The notes beneath the pieces are model-generated. The model saw nothing but the letters and a program-made list of their open reading frames with translations, had not been told where the DNA came from and ran no database searches. Position numbers and translations under genes: made by a program. Positions 45,511-56,907 of a stretch of DNA of 64,000 nucleotides are shown one piece after another; the stretch's first letter is position 1, and the number at the start of each line of letters is the position of its first letter. Source of the stretch: Candidatus Fervidifonticultor sextus (GTDB lineage: Bacteria; Sysuimicrobiota; Sysuimicrobiia; Sysuimicrobiales; Humicultoraceae); the NCBI GenBank assembly GCA_031459875.1, contig JAVKHQ010000001.1:160001-224000 (forward strand), given 5' to 3'.

Positions 45511-45605
45511 CCCTTCGGCAACCCGGCCGGCCGCGGAGTCGCCGCAGACTCCACGCCCCCGTGGCTTTGCGTCCCCACCTTGCGGCGGGTTTGCCTGTTC
45601 GGAGG
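45511..45605 (-). ncRNA. c-di-GMP-I (GEMM) riboswitch upstream of the substrate-binding-protein operon
   Basis: Minus strand ACAGGCAAACCCGCCGCAAGGTGGGGACGCAAAGCCACGGG...GGCCGGGTTGCCGAAGG. Confidence 0.92.
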
Positions 45606-45624
45606 TCGTCTGCTCCTCCAGTAT

Positions 45625-45650
45625 GTTCCCCGACCCGGCTCCGCCTAGTC
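45625..45650 (-). promoter_or_regulatory. putative SigB/SigF-type promoter GACTAG-N14-GGGAAC
   Basis: Motif match about 20 nt upstream of the aptamer. Confidence 0.55.
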
Positions 45651-45655
45651 CTCCA

Positions 45656-46645
45656 CTAATTCTCCCCGAGGCGGCGGCGGAGTTCCCCAATCTCGCCCGG
45701 GATCGACAGCAACCGGCGGTAGAGGGCCGTCACATTGGCGACGTACCACTGCGTTTCGGCGTAGGGCGGGATGCCCTCGTACCGCTCCACGGCCCCGCGC
45801 CCGGCGTTATAGGCGGCCAGGGCCAGATGCGCGTCCCACCGGAACTGATCCAGGGCGCCCCGCAGGTATCGGATGGTCCCGTAGAGGTTCTGAACCGGAT
45901 CCCACGGATTGACGCCCAGCGCCCTGGCGGTCTGCGGCATCAACTGGCCCAGCCCCATCGCCCCCGCCCGCGAGCGCGCGGTGGGCTGAAAACCTGATTC
46001 GATCACGACGAGGGCGACCACCAGGCGGGGGTCCAGGTTGAACTGCCGGCTGTAGCCGAGCAACGCGTGGGCGATAAGGTCGGCTTCCCGGGCGGCCAGC
46101 CGCGGATTGTACGAGCGGGCGATGAGGTCGTAACTGCGCACGCTGAGCACCCATGCTGCGGCGCGGCCCGGCGAAAGCGCCCTGGTCTGGGCGACCTGCG
46201 CCTCCAGCGGCGCCGGCAGCGGGCCGACGGCCCGCAGGGCCTGTTCGGCCATCTGGCGCACCTCAGGCGACCCGCGGGCCGACAGCGCCTGCCGAAATGC
46301 CGAGGCCGCCTCCTCGGCGCGGCCCGAGCGGGCCAGGAGGTGGCCCTGCCACAGGAGGATCGTCGCCTCATGCGGGGCGAGGTCGGCCGCGCGCGCCACG
46401 GAACGGTGTGCGCGCAGCACGTCGCCGCGGTGGAACTGGACGACGCCCAGCCACAGCCACGCGTAGGGATCGGTCGGCCGCTGGGATGCCGCGAGGGTGA
46501 AGAGGGCCTCCGCGTCACCCAGTCGGCCCTGCGCGAACCTCGCCGCGCCATCGCGCAGGGTGGCCGCATCGGCCCTCGCAGCCAGCAGGAGGGCTCCACA
46601 CAGCCCGGCCACCAGAGCCGCCCCCGGTCGCCGGCGCGCCGTCAC
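45656..46645 (-). CDS. exported TPR-containing lytic transglycosylase (SLT domain)
   Basis: Signal peptide; TPRs; [35 protein letters not shown]. Confidence 0.9.
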   Translation of the reverse strand: MTARRRPGAALVAGLCGALLLAARADAATLRDGAARFAQGRLGDAEALFTLAASQRPTDPYAWLWLGVVQFHRGDVLRAHRSVARAADLAPHEATILLWQGHLLARSGRAEEAASAFRQALSARGSPEVRQMAEQALRAVGPLPAPLEAQVAQTRALSPGRAAAWVLSVRSYDLIARSYNPRLAAREADLIAHALLGYSRQFNLDPRLVVALVVIESGFQPTARSRAGAMGLGQLMPQTARALGVNPWDPVQNLYGTIRYLRGALDQFRWDAHLALAAYNAGRGAVERYEGIPPYAETQWYVANVTALYRRLLSIPGEIGELRRRLGEN

Positions 46646-47001
46646 GTCAGTTCCTCGGCGATCTCGGCCCGGCGACGGCGGATCTGCATGCGGGCCCGGG
46701 CCAGGTTGCCGCCGGCCTCCAGCACGGTGGCCAGGTAGTGGGTCGGTCCCAGGACCACGGCCAGCACGGCCAGGTTGTCGGTGGTCATCGTCAGGTGGTC
46801 CAGGTCGCCGCCGTCCAATTTGCGCAGGCAGTACGCCCCGACCTTGATGAGGGCCGCCAGGTCGGCCGCTGCAGCCTGCAGGTCCTGCGCCCCGCTCTTG
46901 GACACGGCCTCGATCACCTGCCCGTCCAGGCCCAAAAGCGCCACCGCGCGCGTATCTTCCCCGATGAGGTCCTGGAGGATGCCCCGCAGTTTCGTCGTCA
47001 T
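46642..47001 (-). CDS. roadblock/LC7 (MglB-like) protein
   Basis: [12 protein letters not shown]...[10 protein letters not shown]; coupled to the SLT gene. Confidence 0.82.
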   Translation of the reverse strand: MTTKLRGILQDLIGEDTRAVALLGLDGQVIEAVSKSGAQDLQAAAADLAALIKVGAYCLRKLDGGDLDHLTMTTDNLAVLAVVLGPTHYLATVLEAGGNLARARMQIRRRRAEIAEELT

Positions 47002-47105
47002 GCTGGCCACCGGGCAGCCGGGGTATTTCGCCGCCGCCGAGTCGCCTCCTTCGCAAAACAGGAGATGCCCGAGGGAATCGCGTACCAACCGGACGGGACC
47101 GTCCG

Positions 47106-48083
47106 ATGCCGTCTGACGCGGTCGAGCGCATTCGCATGCACCGGCGCATCCTGGGGGCGCGGTGGGTGCAGCACGTGGCCCACATCCCGCGGGCCAGCCC
47201 AATGTGGCGGGATGTGGCGCGGATGGACCGACACATGCTGGCGGGCATGGACGCCCTGGTGGACGCCGCGACGACGGGCCAGGTCGAGGCGTTCGGCGAG
47301 TTCGCCGGCCGGCTGAGCCAGGAGGCCTTCGCCCTCCAGGTACCGCTGGACGAGGTGATCCGCGCCCTGCTCCAGATCAAACCCGTGATTCTGGACTTCC
47401 TGGAAGAGGGGACGGCCGGCCGCCGTCTCGATGTGGAGACCGTGCAGCTCCTCAACCGCCTGATCTCCGTGGGCGTCCTGGAAGCCATCCGCCGGCACGA
47501 GCGTCACCGGGATCGCCGCGCCCTGGCCCTGCAGGAACAGATCGACGAACTGCGCGAGCGCCTGCGCCGTCAGGTCCTCGTCGACCCCGTCACCGGATTG
47601 TTCAACGCCAACTCTTTCGCCGCGGCCGTTCGGCGGGAGGTCCTGCGCAGCCGGCGCTTCGCGCGGACCTTCACCGTCGGGCTCGTGGCCCTGGACCAGG
47701 AGGACGAACTCCGCGAGGCGCTGGGCGAAGACGGCCTGCGGGCCGTCGCGATCCAGCTGGCCGACAGCCTGACCCGCTCCACGCGACAGGTGGACGTTCG
47801 GGCGGCGCTGGGCGGCGGACGGTTCGGCCTGATCCTCCCGGAGACCTCCATTGACGGGGCGTTTGTCCTCGCGGAGCGGCTCCGCCAGGCGATCGAGCGC
47901 AGCGCATTCGCGTTGCCCGATCACCCCTATCCCATGACCCAGACGGTCAGCATCGGTCTGGCCTGCTTCCCGCGGGACGGGGAAGACGACCAGGCGCTGC
48001 TGGCGAGGGCGGAGGAGGCACTGGCCCGGGCGCGGGCAGGCCGGAACACCACGGTCGCCGCGGCCACCGCGCAGGACTTCTAG
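47106..48083 (+). CDS. RsbRD_N-like helical sensor + degenerate GGDEF domain (probable c-di-GMP receptor)
   Basis: DPVTGLFN; active site reads GGGRF; I-site RQVD retained; TVSIG...GRN. Confidence 0.82.
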   Translation: MPSDAVERIRMHRRILGARWVQHVAHIPRASPMWRDVARMDRHMLAGMDALVDAATTGQVEAFGEFAGRLSQEAFALQVPLDEVIRALLQIKPVILDFLEEGTAGRRLDVETVQLLNRLISVGVLEAIRRHERHRDRRALALQEQIDELRERLRRQVLVDPVTGLFNANSFAAAVRREVLRSRRFARTFTVGLVALDQEDELREALGEDGLRAVAIQLADSLTRSTRQVDVRAALGGGRFGLILPETSIDGAFVLAERLRQAIERSAFALPDHPYPMTQTVSIGLACFPRDGEDDQALLARAEEALARARAGRNTTVAAATAQDF

Positions 48084-48094
48084 GAGGCCCGTCC

Positions 48095-49711
48095 TCACCG
48101 CTCGCGCCACATCCGCAACTGCACCTCGAACGGCGGCTTGTCCCGCAGGATCCGGAGGAAGACGTCCACCAGCCCCGGGTCCAGCGCCGACCCGGCCATG
48201 GTCCGCAGTTCGGCCATGGCCTCCTCCACGGTTCGACCGCGGCGGTACGGCCGGTCGGAGATCAGCGCGTCGAAGGTGTCGGCGACGCGGATGATCCGGG
48301 CGCCCACCGGAATGGCCGTGCCGGCCAGCCCGTCGGGATACCCGCTGCCATCCCAGGCCTCCTGGTGGGAGCGGACGTAGTCCACCAGTGGCCGGAACGG
48401 GGCCATCTCGCTGAGGATGCTGGCGCCGCGCTCCGGGTGGCGGTTCATCACGGCCCGTTCCTCGTCGGAAAGCGACCCGCGCTTGCGCAGGATGTGTTCC
48501 GGCGTCGAAATCTTCCCGATGTCGTGCAACAGGCTGGCCCACCGGATCCGCTCCACCTCTTCGGCGGGCAGGCCCAGCTCCGCCGCCAGGGCGACGGCCG
48601 CGCTGGCGACGCGCTGCGAGTGACCCCGCGTGTACGGGTCCTTGGCCTCCAGCGCGGCGGCCAGCATGTTGACGGCGCTGAGCTGGAAGTCGGCGGCCCA
48701 CCCCTGCATCCGCGCATCGTAGATGAGCAGGGAGGCCATCTCCGTCAACTGCCTGACGGCGTCCACAGCCTCCTGGCTGAAGAGCCGCACCTCCCGCCTC
48801 CCCAGAAAGAGCGCACCGATGCTGAGGCCCTCGACCCGAAACGGGAGCAGGAGCGCAGAGCCGGCCGCATCGCCGCCGAAGACGCCGACCCACCGCGGGT
48901 CCACCGACGCATCCACGACCGACTGGAGCCGACCCCCATCCAGCGCAGCCTGGAGGACCGCCACCTTGGGCAGCACCTCGCCGCGCGGCCGCTCGCCGCC
49001 TGGCGGGCCGGCGCTGGCCTCCACCACCGGGCGGCCTTCGATGTCCAGCACGATCACCAGGCCGGTGGCGGCGTCGGCCAGCCGCCGCCGCGCACAGGCC
49101 AGGAGGACCTGCGCACGCCTGGGGAGGTCGAGGGGCGCCATGTCCATGAGCGCGGCGCGGATCTCCGCTGCGGTCTCGGCCTGCCGGGTGAGTTGGCGGG
49201 CACCGCGCAGGGCCGCCGCTTCGGCTTCTCCCCGTCGCTGCTCGATCAGGCCTACCAGGACGCCCATAAGCAAAAGCAGCGCCGCCCTCGGCAGCACGGC
49301 CGCGGAGGGCTCCATCCGGAGCGAGGCGGCCACCGAGAAGCCGGTGGCGGCGAGCCAGCCGCCGGCTACGCCCGCGGCCAGCGTGCGCCCGGCGGTCCCC
49401 CAGATCAGCACCGGCACATAGAAGAAGTAGAAGAAACTCGCCAGGCCCCCGGTCTCGTAGACGATGAACGACACGATGGCGAGTTCGAGAACCGTCCCGG
49501 TGTAACTCGCCGCCGGGCGCGGTCCCGTCGACCGCTGGGCCAGCGCGCTCAGCAGACCGGTCGCAAAGAGGAGCACCAGCAGCAGGACGACCGGCGAGAG
49601 GATCGCGGGCCCGGTCGGCGTGCCGATCAGGAGCACCGAGAGGCCGAAGAGCACCGCGAACCCCCGGAGCGACAGCGGCCACCACTCGATGCCACCGCGG
49701 ACGGTCATCAT
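48095..49711 (-). CDS. membrane-anchored GAF + HD-GYP c-di-GMP phosphodiesterase
   Basis: N-terminal TMs, GAF; KDPYTRGHS, LLHDIGK, HPERG, HQEAWDGSGYP, ADTFDA, DRPYR. Confidence 0.9.
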   Translation of the reverse strand: MMTVRGGIEWWPLSLRGFAVLFGLSVLLIGTPTGPAILSPVVLLLVLLFATGLLSALAQRSTGPRPAASYTGTVLELAIVSFIVYETGGLASFFYFFYVPVLIWGTAGRTLAAGVAGGWLAATGFSVAASLRMEPSAAVLPRAALLLLMGVLVGLIEQRRGEAEAAALRGARQLTRQAETAAEIRAALMDMAPLDLPRRAQVLLACARRRLADAATGLVIVLDIEGRPVVEASAGPPGGERPRGEVLPKVAVLQAALDGGRLQSVVDASVDPRWVGVFGGDAAGSALLLPFRVEGLSIGALFLGRREVRLFSQEAVDAVRQLTEMASLLIYDARMQGWAADFQLSAVNMLAAALEAKDPYTRGHSQRVASAAVALAAELGLPAEEVERIRWASLLHDIGKISTPEHILRKRGSLSDEERAVMNRHPERGASILSEMAPFRPLVDYVRSHQEAWDGSGYPDGLAGTAIPVGARIIRVADTFDALISDRPYRRGRTVEEAMAELRTMAGSALDPGLVDVFLRILRDKPPFEVQLRMWRER

Positions 49712-49741
49712 CGTCCTCCGTGGAGGGGAACCGTCTGTTCT

Positions 49742-49767
49742 ATGCCCGCGCCGACAACCGTGCAGAC
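49742..49767 (-). promoter_or_regulatory. putative SigB/SigF-type promoter GTCTGC-N14-GGGCAT
   Basis: Motif match about 30 nt upstream of the HD-GYP start; shares GGGCATAGA context with the pilin 1 promoter. Confidence 0.6.
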
Positions 49768-49800
49768 CTGGGCGCGGCGCCCGTGACGGAAGTGCGGTCG

Positions 49801-50325
49801 CTACGGGGCTGGCGGGGCCAGGCTCTGCGCGGCCAGCGCAGCGAGGATCCGCTGCTCGAGGCGGCGCAGCAGGCGGATGCGCCAGGGCTCGCGCGGCGAG
49901 AGGGGCGCCACCAGGATCGTGGGCACGCCCAGCCGGTTGCCCGCCAGCACATCGGTGAAGAGCTGGTCCCCCACCATGGCGGTGCGGGCGGGCGAGGTGG
50001 CGAGGACGCGCAGCGCATGCCGCAGTTTGGCCGCGCTGGGCTTGAACCGGCCTTCCGCGACCGGCAATCCCAGCGCCGCCGCCACCGTCCGCACCCGGCC
50101 CGAGAGGCTGTTGGACACCACGCAGGCGGGAATCCCCTCCCGCCGCAGTCCGGCGATCCACTCCGCCACGGCCGGAGGCGGCGAGGTCCCGCCCCAGGGC
50201 ACCAGCGTGCTGTCCAGATCCAGCATCAGCGCGTCGATCTGCCAGGCGCGGAGGTGCTCCGGGGTGAGGTGCGTGACGGAGGCGGCCCGATACCGGGGCG
50301 CCAGGACGCGGAGCAGATGCCTCAC
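49801..50325 (-). CDS. yqeG: YqeG-family HAD IIIA phosphatase
   Basis: LDLDSTL, VSN, KP, MVGDQLFTDVLAGNRLG. Confidence 0.9.
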   Translation of the reverse strand: MRHLLRVLAPRYRAASVTHLTPEHLRAWQIDALMLDLDSTLVPWGGTSPPPAVAEWIAGLRREGIPACVVSNSLSGRVRTVAAALGLPVAEGRFKPSAAKLRHALRVLATSPARTAMVGDQLFTDVLAGNRLGVPTILVAPLSPREPWRIRLLRRLEQRILAALAAQSLAPPAP

Positions 50326-51365
50326 GGCCGGTAGCGGCGCACGGCGTCCTGGTGCTCGCGCAGCGTCCTGGTGAAGTGGTGGCGCCCGTCGGGCCTGAGC
50401 ACGTAGTAGAGGTAGGGGACCGCAGCCGGCAGGGCGGCCGCCTCGATGGCGGATGCGCCGGGGTTGGCGATCGGACCCGGCGGCAGGCCCGGATGCCGGT
50501 AGGTGTTGTAGGGGGAGTCGACCTGGAGATCCTGCAGGGTGACGGTCTCCCGGTGGGCGCCCAGGGCGTAGAGGACGGTGGCGTCGATTTCCAGCCGCAT
50601 CCCGCGCTGGAGCCGGTTGTAGATCACACCGGCGATCACCGGCCGCTCGTCGGGCATTTGGGCCTCCCGCTCGACCATCGAGGCGACCGTCAGGAGTTGA
50701 TGCAGGGTCAGGCCGCGCGCGGCGGCGGCCGCCCGCGTCTGGGGGCTCATGCCGGCTTCCAGGCGATCTAAGAACCGGCGGACCACCGCTTCGACGGGCA
50801 GCCCGCGGGTGAACAGGTAGGTGTCAGGGAACAGGTAGCCCTCCAGGCTGTCCGTCGGGAGGCCGGCGAGCACCGGGTGCGAAAGACTCCGACCGCCGGA
50901 GAGTGCCAGGGCCAGGAACTGGTCGCGGTCGGCGATCCCGGCGGCCGCGAGCACCTCGGCGATCTGCCTGACGGTGTAGCCCTCGGGGATCGTGATCCGG
51001 TGCTGGACCGTCTCGCCGCGGGCAATGGTCCTGATGATCTGGACGGTGCTCTGCGAGGGGGACAGGGCGTACTCGCCGTAGTGGAGCCGGTCGGCCACGC
51101 GCAGCGCCCGTGCCACCACCGCCGCCGCCTTGGCACTCCGCACGAGGCCGGCCCCGGCCAGTCGCTCGCCGATCTGCCGGGCCGACGCCCCCGGGGGGAT
51201 GATGAGGGTGCGCGGAGGAACCGCCTGCGGGCTCACCGGCCGCACCTGCCACCACGCGACCGCCAGCCCCAGCCCTCCAAAACCCACGGCGCCGGCCGCC
51301 GCGGCCGCCAGGATTCGCACCGCCCGCCGGTGCCGGAGCGTCGACCGCGCCTCGACCGCGTTCAC
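50322..51365 (-). CDS. mltG: endolytic transglycosylase MltG
   Basis: TIPEGY, LEGYLFPDTY, ASMVEREA, SPYNTY..PGLPPGPIANPG. Confidence 0.95.
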   Translation of the reverse strand: MNAVEARSTLRHRRAVRILAAAAAGAVGFGGLGLAVAWWQVRPVSPQAVPPRTLIIPPGASARQIGERLAGAGLVRSAKAAAVVARALRVADRLHYGEYALSPSQSTVQIIRTIARGETVQHRITIPEGYTVRQIAEVLAAAGIADRDQFLALALSGGRSLSHPVLAGLPTDSLEGYLFPDTYLFTRGLPVEAVVRRFLDRLEAGMSPQTRAAAAARGLTLHQLLTVASMVEREAQMPDERPVIAGVIYNRLQRGMRLEIDATVLYALGAHRETVTLQDLQVDSPYNTYRHPGLPPGPIANPGASAIEAAALPAAVPYLYYVLRPDGRHHFTRTLREHQDAVRRYRP

Positions 51366-51383
51366 CGCACGACCGGGCCCGGC

Positions 51384-51743
51384 CTATTCCTCGCCAGCCT
51401 CGTCGTCGTCCTCGACGTCGTCGCCGTCCCCGTCGACGCTCTCCCCCATCTCGCCGAGGACGTCCAGACCGCCGGTCGCCTCGTCGTCCCCCTCGAGGAT
51501 GACCTCGCTGTAGCCCGCCTCTTCCAGCGCGGCCATGACGCGGTTCAACTCGTCATCATCGTCGATCGGCACGAGCCGGTCCTCGCCCTCCATCCGGAAG
51601 ATGACCGCCGCCGCGTCCTCCTCGTCTTCCGGCAGGAGAACGGCGTAGCGGCGGCCGTCCACCTCGAGGGTGTCAACGAGATTGAAGCGGTGCTCGCGGC
51701 CGTCCTCGTCCTGGAGCGTGACGATATCCAGCTCTTCGACCAC
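51384..51743 (-). CDS. DUF1292 domain protein (YrzB-like, acidic)
   Basis: IVTLQDEDGREHRF...YAVLLP...IDDDDELNRV; conserved position between ruvX and mltG. Confidence 0.85.
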   Translation of the reverse strand: MVEELDIVTLQDEDGREHRFNLVDTLEVDGRRYAVLLPEDEEDAAAVIFRMEGEDRLVPIDDDDELNRVMAALEEAGYSEVILEGDDEATGGLDVLGEMGESVDGDGDDVEDDDEAGEE

Positions 51744-51793
51744 GGAGCACCTCCACCCGGCCGACGGGCCCACCCCGACGCGGGACCGGCGTA

Positions 51794-52251
51794 CTACGGC
51801 GCGAGCATAACACCTTCCCCCTGCCCCTGCAACGGCGCGGCGGCCTCCCTGCGGTCGAGGTACGGCTGCAGGATCAGGGCCGCGGCGACGGCATCGCGGC
51901 GCGTGCGGCGCTGCCGGGACCCCACCCCGCCGGCGCGCAGGGTTCGCTCGGCCGCCGCCGTCGAGAACCGCTCGTCCACCTCCGTCACCGGGAGGCGGAG
52001 GGCCTCGCGCAGCCGCGCCGCCAGACGGGCCGCGCGCCCGGCCTGCACGCCGGCTCCCCCGCGCGCGGTCACCGGCCGGCCCACGACGATCTCTCCTGCA
52101 CCGTACCTGGCGATCACCGCCCGCAGGTGCGCCACGTCCTTCCGCCAGCCCACGCGCTCGTACACCTCGAGGGGGAGCGCGATGCGGCCGGTGGGATCGC
52201 TGACGGCCAGCCCCCAGCGCCGCTCGCCGGGATCGATCGCCAGCACGCGCT

Positions 52252-52255
<4 letters not shown>
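51794..52255 (-). CDS. ruvX: Holliday junction resolvase RuvX / pre-16S rRNA nuclease YqgF
   Basis: LAIDPGERRWGLAVSD, VDERFST, DAVAAALILQ. Confidence 0.93.
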
Positions 52256-54933
<2,678 letters not shown>

Positions 54934-54973
54934 GCGGGTCTCCCCTCCCGGGCGGAATCGAGATCGGCCATCC

Positions 54974-55885
54974 TCACGACACCGCTCCCCGCAGGCGGGG
55001 GTCGGTGAGATCGCGCAGGCCGTCACCCAGCAGGTTCAATCCCAGCACCGCCACGAGGATGGCCACGCCCGGGAAGATCGTGATCCAGGGGGCCGTCTGT
55101 ATGAACATCCGCCCGGTGGTAATGATTGTGCCCCAGCTGGGCACGTAGGGCGGGAGCCCCACGCCGAGGAAACTCAGCGCGGCCTCGGCCAGCACGGATT
55201 CGGCGAAGATGAACGTGCTCTGCACGATCACCGGCGCCAGGCAGTTGGGGAGCACGTGGCGTGCCAGAATCCGGCTGTCGCGGGCGCCCAGCGCCTGCGC
55301 GGCCTGGACGTAGTCCAGCTCGCGGGCGACCAGCGTCACGCTGCGCACCACGCGCGCGACGCGGGGAGTGAACACGATGGCCAGAGCGAAAATCACGTTG
55401 GACAGCCGGGCGCCCAGCGCGGCCATGAGCGCGATGGCCAGCAGCGTCGTCGGGAACGCCATCAGGCCGTCCATGATCCGCATCAGGATCCGATCCAGCC
55501 GGTCGTGGTAGCCGGCAACCAGGCCCAGCGCGACCCCGGCGCCGGCGGCACTGAGCACCACCAACCCCCCCACCAGCAACGAGACCCGTGCCCCGTAGAT
55601 GACGCGGCTGAGGATGTCCCGACCCATGTTGTCGGTCCCAAACAGGTGGGCGGGGCCGGGGCCGGTCAGACGCCGCGGGACGTGGATCTCCAGCGGGTCG
55701 TAGGGGGATAGCACCGGCGCAGCGAGTGCCACCACCACCATGGCCAGCACGATGGCGCCGCCAATCGTCGCCGACTTGCTCCGGCGCAACGTCCTGAAGG
55801 CGGTCAGCCACAGGTGGCCGGCCGGCCGAACCAGCCTAGCAGGCGCCGTCACGATCTCAGCGCGCTCCACCATCCAGGTCCTCAC
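54974..55885 (-). CDS. peptide/nickel ABC transporter permease (DppC/OppC)
   Basis: HLFGTDNMGRD, EAA loop, EAALSFLG. Confidence 0.93.
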   Translation of the reverse strand: MRTWMVERAEIVTAPARLVRPAGHLWLTAFRTLRRSKSATIGGAIVLAMVVVALAAPVLSPYDPLEIHVPRRLTGPGPAHLFGTDNMGRDILSRVIYGARVSLLVGGLVVLSAAGAGVALGLVAGYHDRLDRILMRIMDGLMAFPTTLLAIALMAALGARLSNVIFALAIVFTPRVARVVRSVTLVARELDYVQAAQALGARDSRILARHVLPNCLAPVIVQSTFIFAESVLAEAALSFLGVGLPPYVPSWGTIITTGRMFIQTAPWITIFPGVAILVAVLGLNLLGDGLRDLTDPRLRGAVS

Positions 55886-56826
55886 ACGTACTTGACCCTC
55901 GGGTCGAGGTAGACGTAGACGACATCAATGAGCAGATTGATCACCACGTAGATGGCGGCGATGAACATCAGGATCCCCTGGATAACCGGGTAGTCGCGGC
56001 GCAGGACCGATGAGATGACCAGCCGGCCGACGCCGGGCAGCGCGAACACCGTTTCGGTGACGATGGCGCCGGCCAGCAGGCCCCCCAGGGCCAAGCCGAT
56101 GACGGTCACCGTGGGAATCATGGCATTGCGTAGCGCATGGCGGTAGACGACCCGGCGCTCCAGGTTGCCCTTCGCCCGGGCCGTGCGAATGTAGTCCTGA
56201 CCCAGGACTTCCAGCATGCTGGAGCGGGTCATGCGGGCGATCAATGCCGACCCGCTGATCCCCAGCACCACCGCCGGCAGCACCAACGAGCGCACCGCCC
56301 CGGCCAGCGACTGCTCCACCGGCACGTACCCGGCCACCGGCAGCACGCCCAGCCAGACCGAGAAGATGAGGATCAGGTTTAACCCCAACCAGAAGTTGGG
56401 AACCGAGACCCCAAACAGCGCGACCCCCATCGCCGCCTGGTCTATCCAGCTGTTCCGCCGGACCGCGGCGATCACTCCCGCGGGAATGCCGATGGCCACG
56501 GCCAAGGCCAGCGAGAAGAGGGTGAGGAGCACGGTGGGCTCCAGCCGCTCGATGATGGCCTGGAGGACCGGCCGCTGGAGGAAGATGGAATACCCCAGGT
56601 CCCCCCGTAACGTCCGTCCGTACCAGCGGAGGAGCTGGACCAGCAGGGGCCGGTCCAGCCCCATGAGACGACGGAGGTTCTCCAATTCCTCCTGCGTCGC
56701 GTCCGGACCCAGCATCACTGCCGCCGGATCCCCCGGCGTGAGGTAGATAAGAAAGAACCCGACGGTGGCCACGATCACCAGGACCGGGACCAACGCCGCG
56801 ATACGTCGGATGATGTACCCCGTCAC
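55882..56826 (-). CDS. peptide/nickel ABC transporter permease (DppB/OppB)
   Basis: PGDPA, GDLGYS, TARAKG, RDYPVIQG. Confidence 0.93.
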   Translation of the reverse strand: MTGYIIRRIAALVPVLVIVATVGFFLIYLTPGDPAAVMLGPDATQEELENLRRLMGLDRPLLVQLLRWYGRTLRGDLGYSIFLQRPVLQAIIERLEPTVLLTLFSLALAVAIGIPAGVIAAVRRNSWIDQAAMGVALFGVSVPNFWLGLNLILIFSVWLGVLPVAGYVPVEQSLAGAVRSLVLPAVVLGISGSALIARMTRSSMLEVLGQDYIRTARAKGNLERRVVYRHALRNAMIPTVTVIGLALGGLLAGAIVTETVFALPGVGRLVISSVLRRDYPVIQGILMFIAAIYVVINLLIDVVYVYLDPRVKYV

Positions 56827-56907
56827 GGGCGGTCGGCGGTCAGACGGCCCCCGGCGGCGGGCCCGGGAGGGATCGTCATCCCCTGGAAGCCGGGCCTGGA
56901 CCGTCGG

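Noticed and set aside
33301..45605. Riboswitches as 3',3'-cGAMP (GEMM-Ib) variants
   Set aside because: All three keep G at the position equivalent to Vc2 G20 (GGCAAA context), which favours c-di-GMP. Not excluded without a binding assay.
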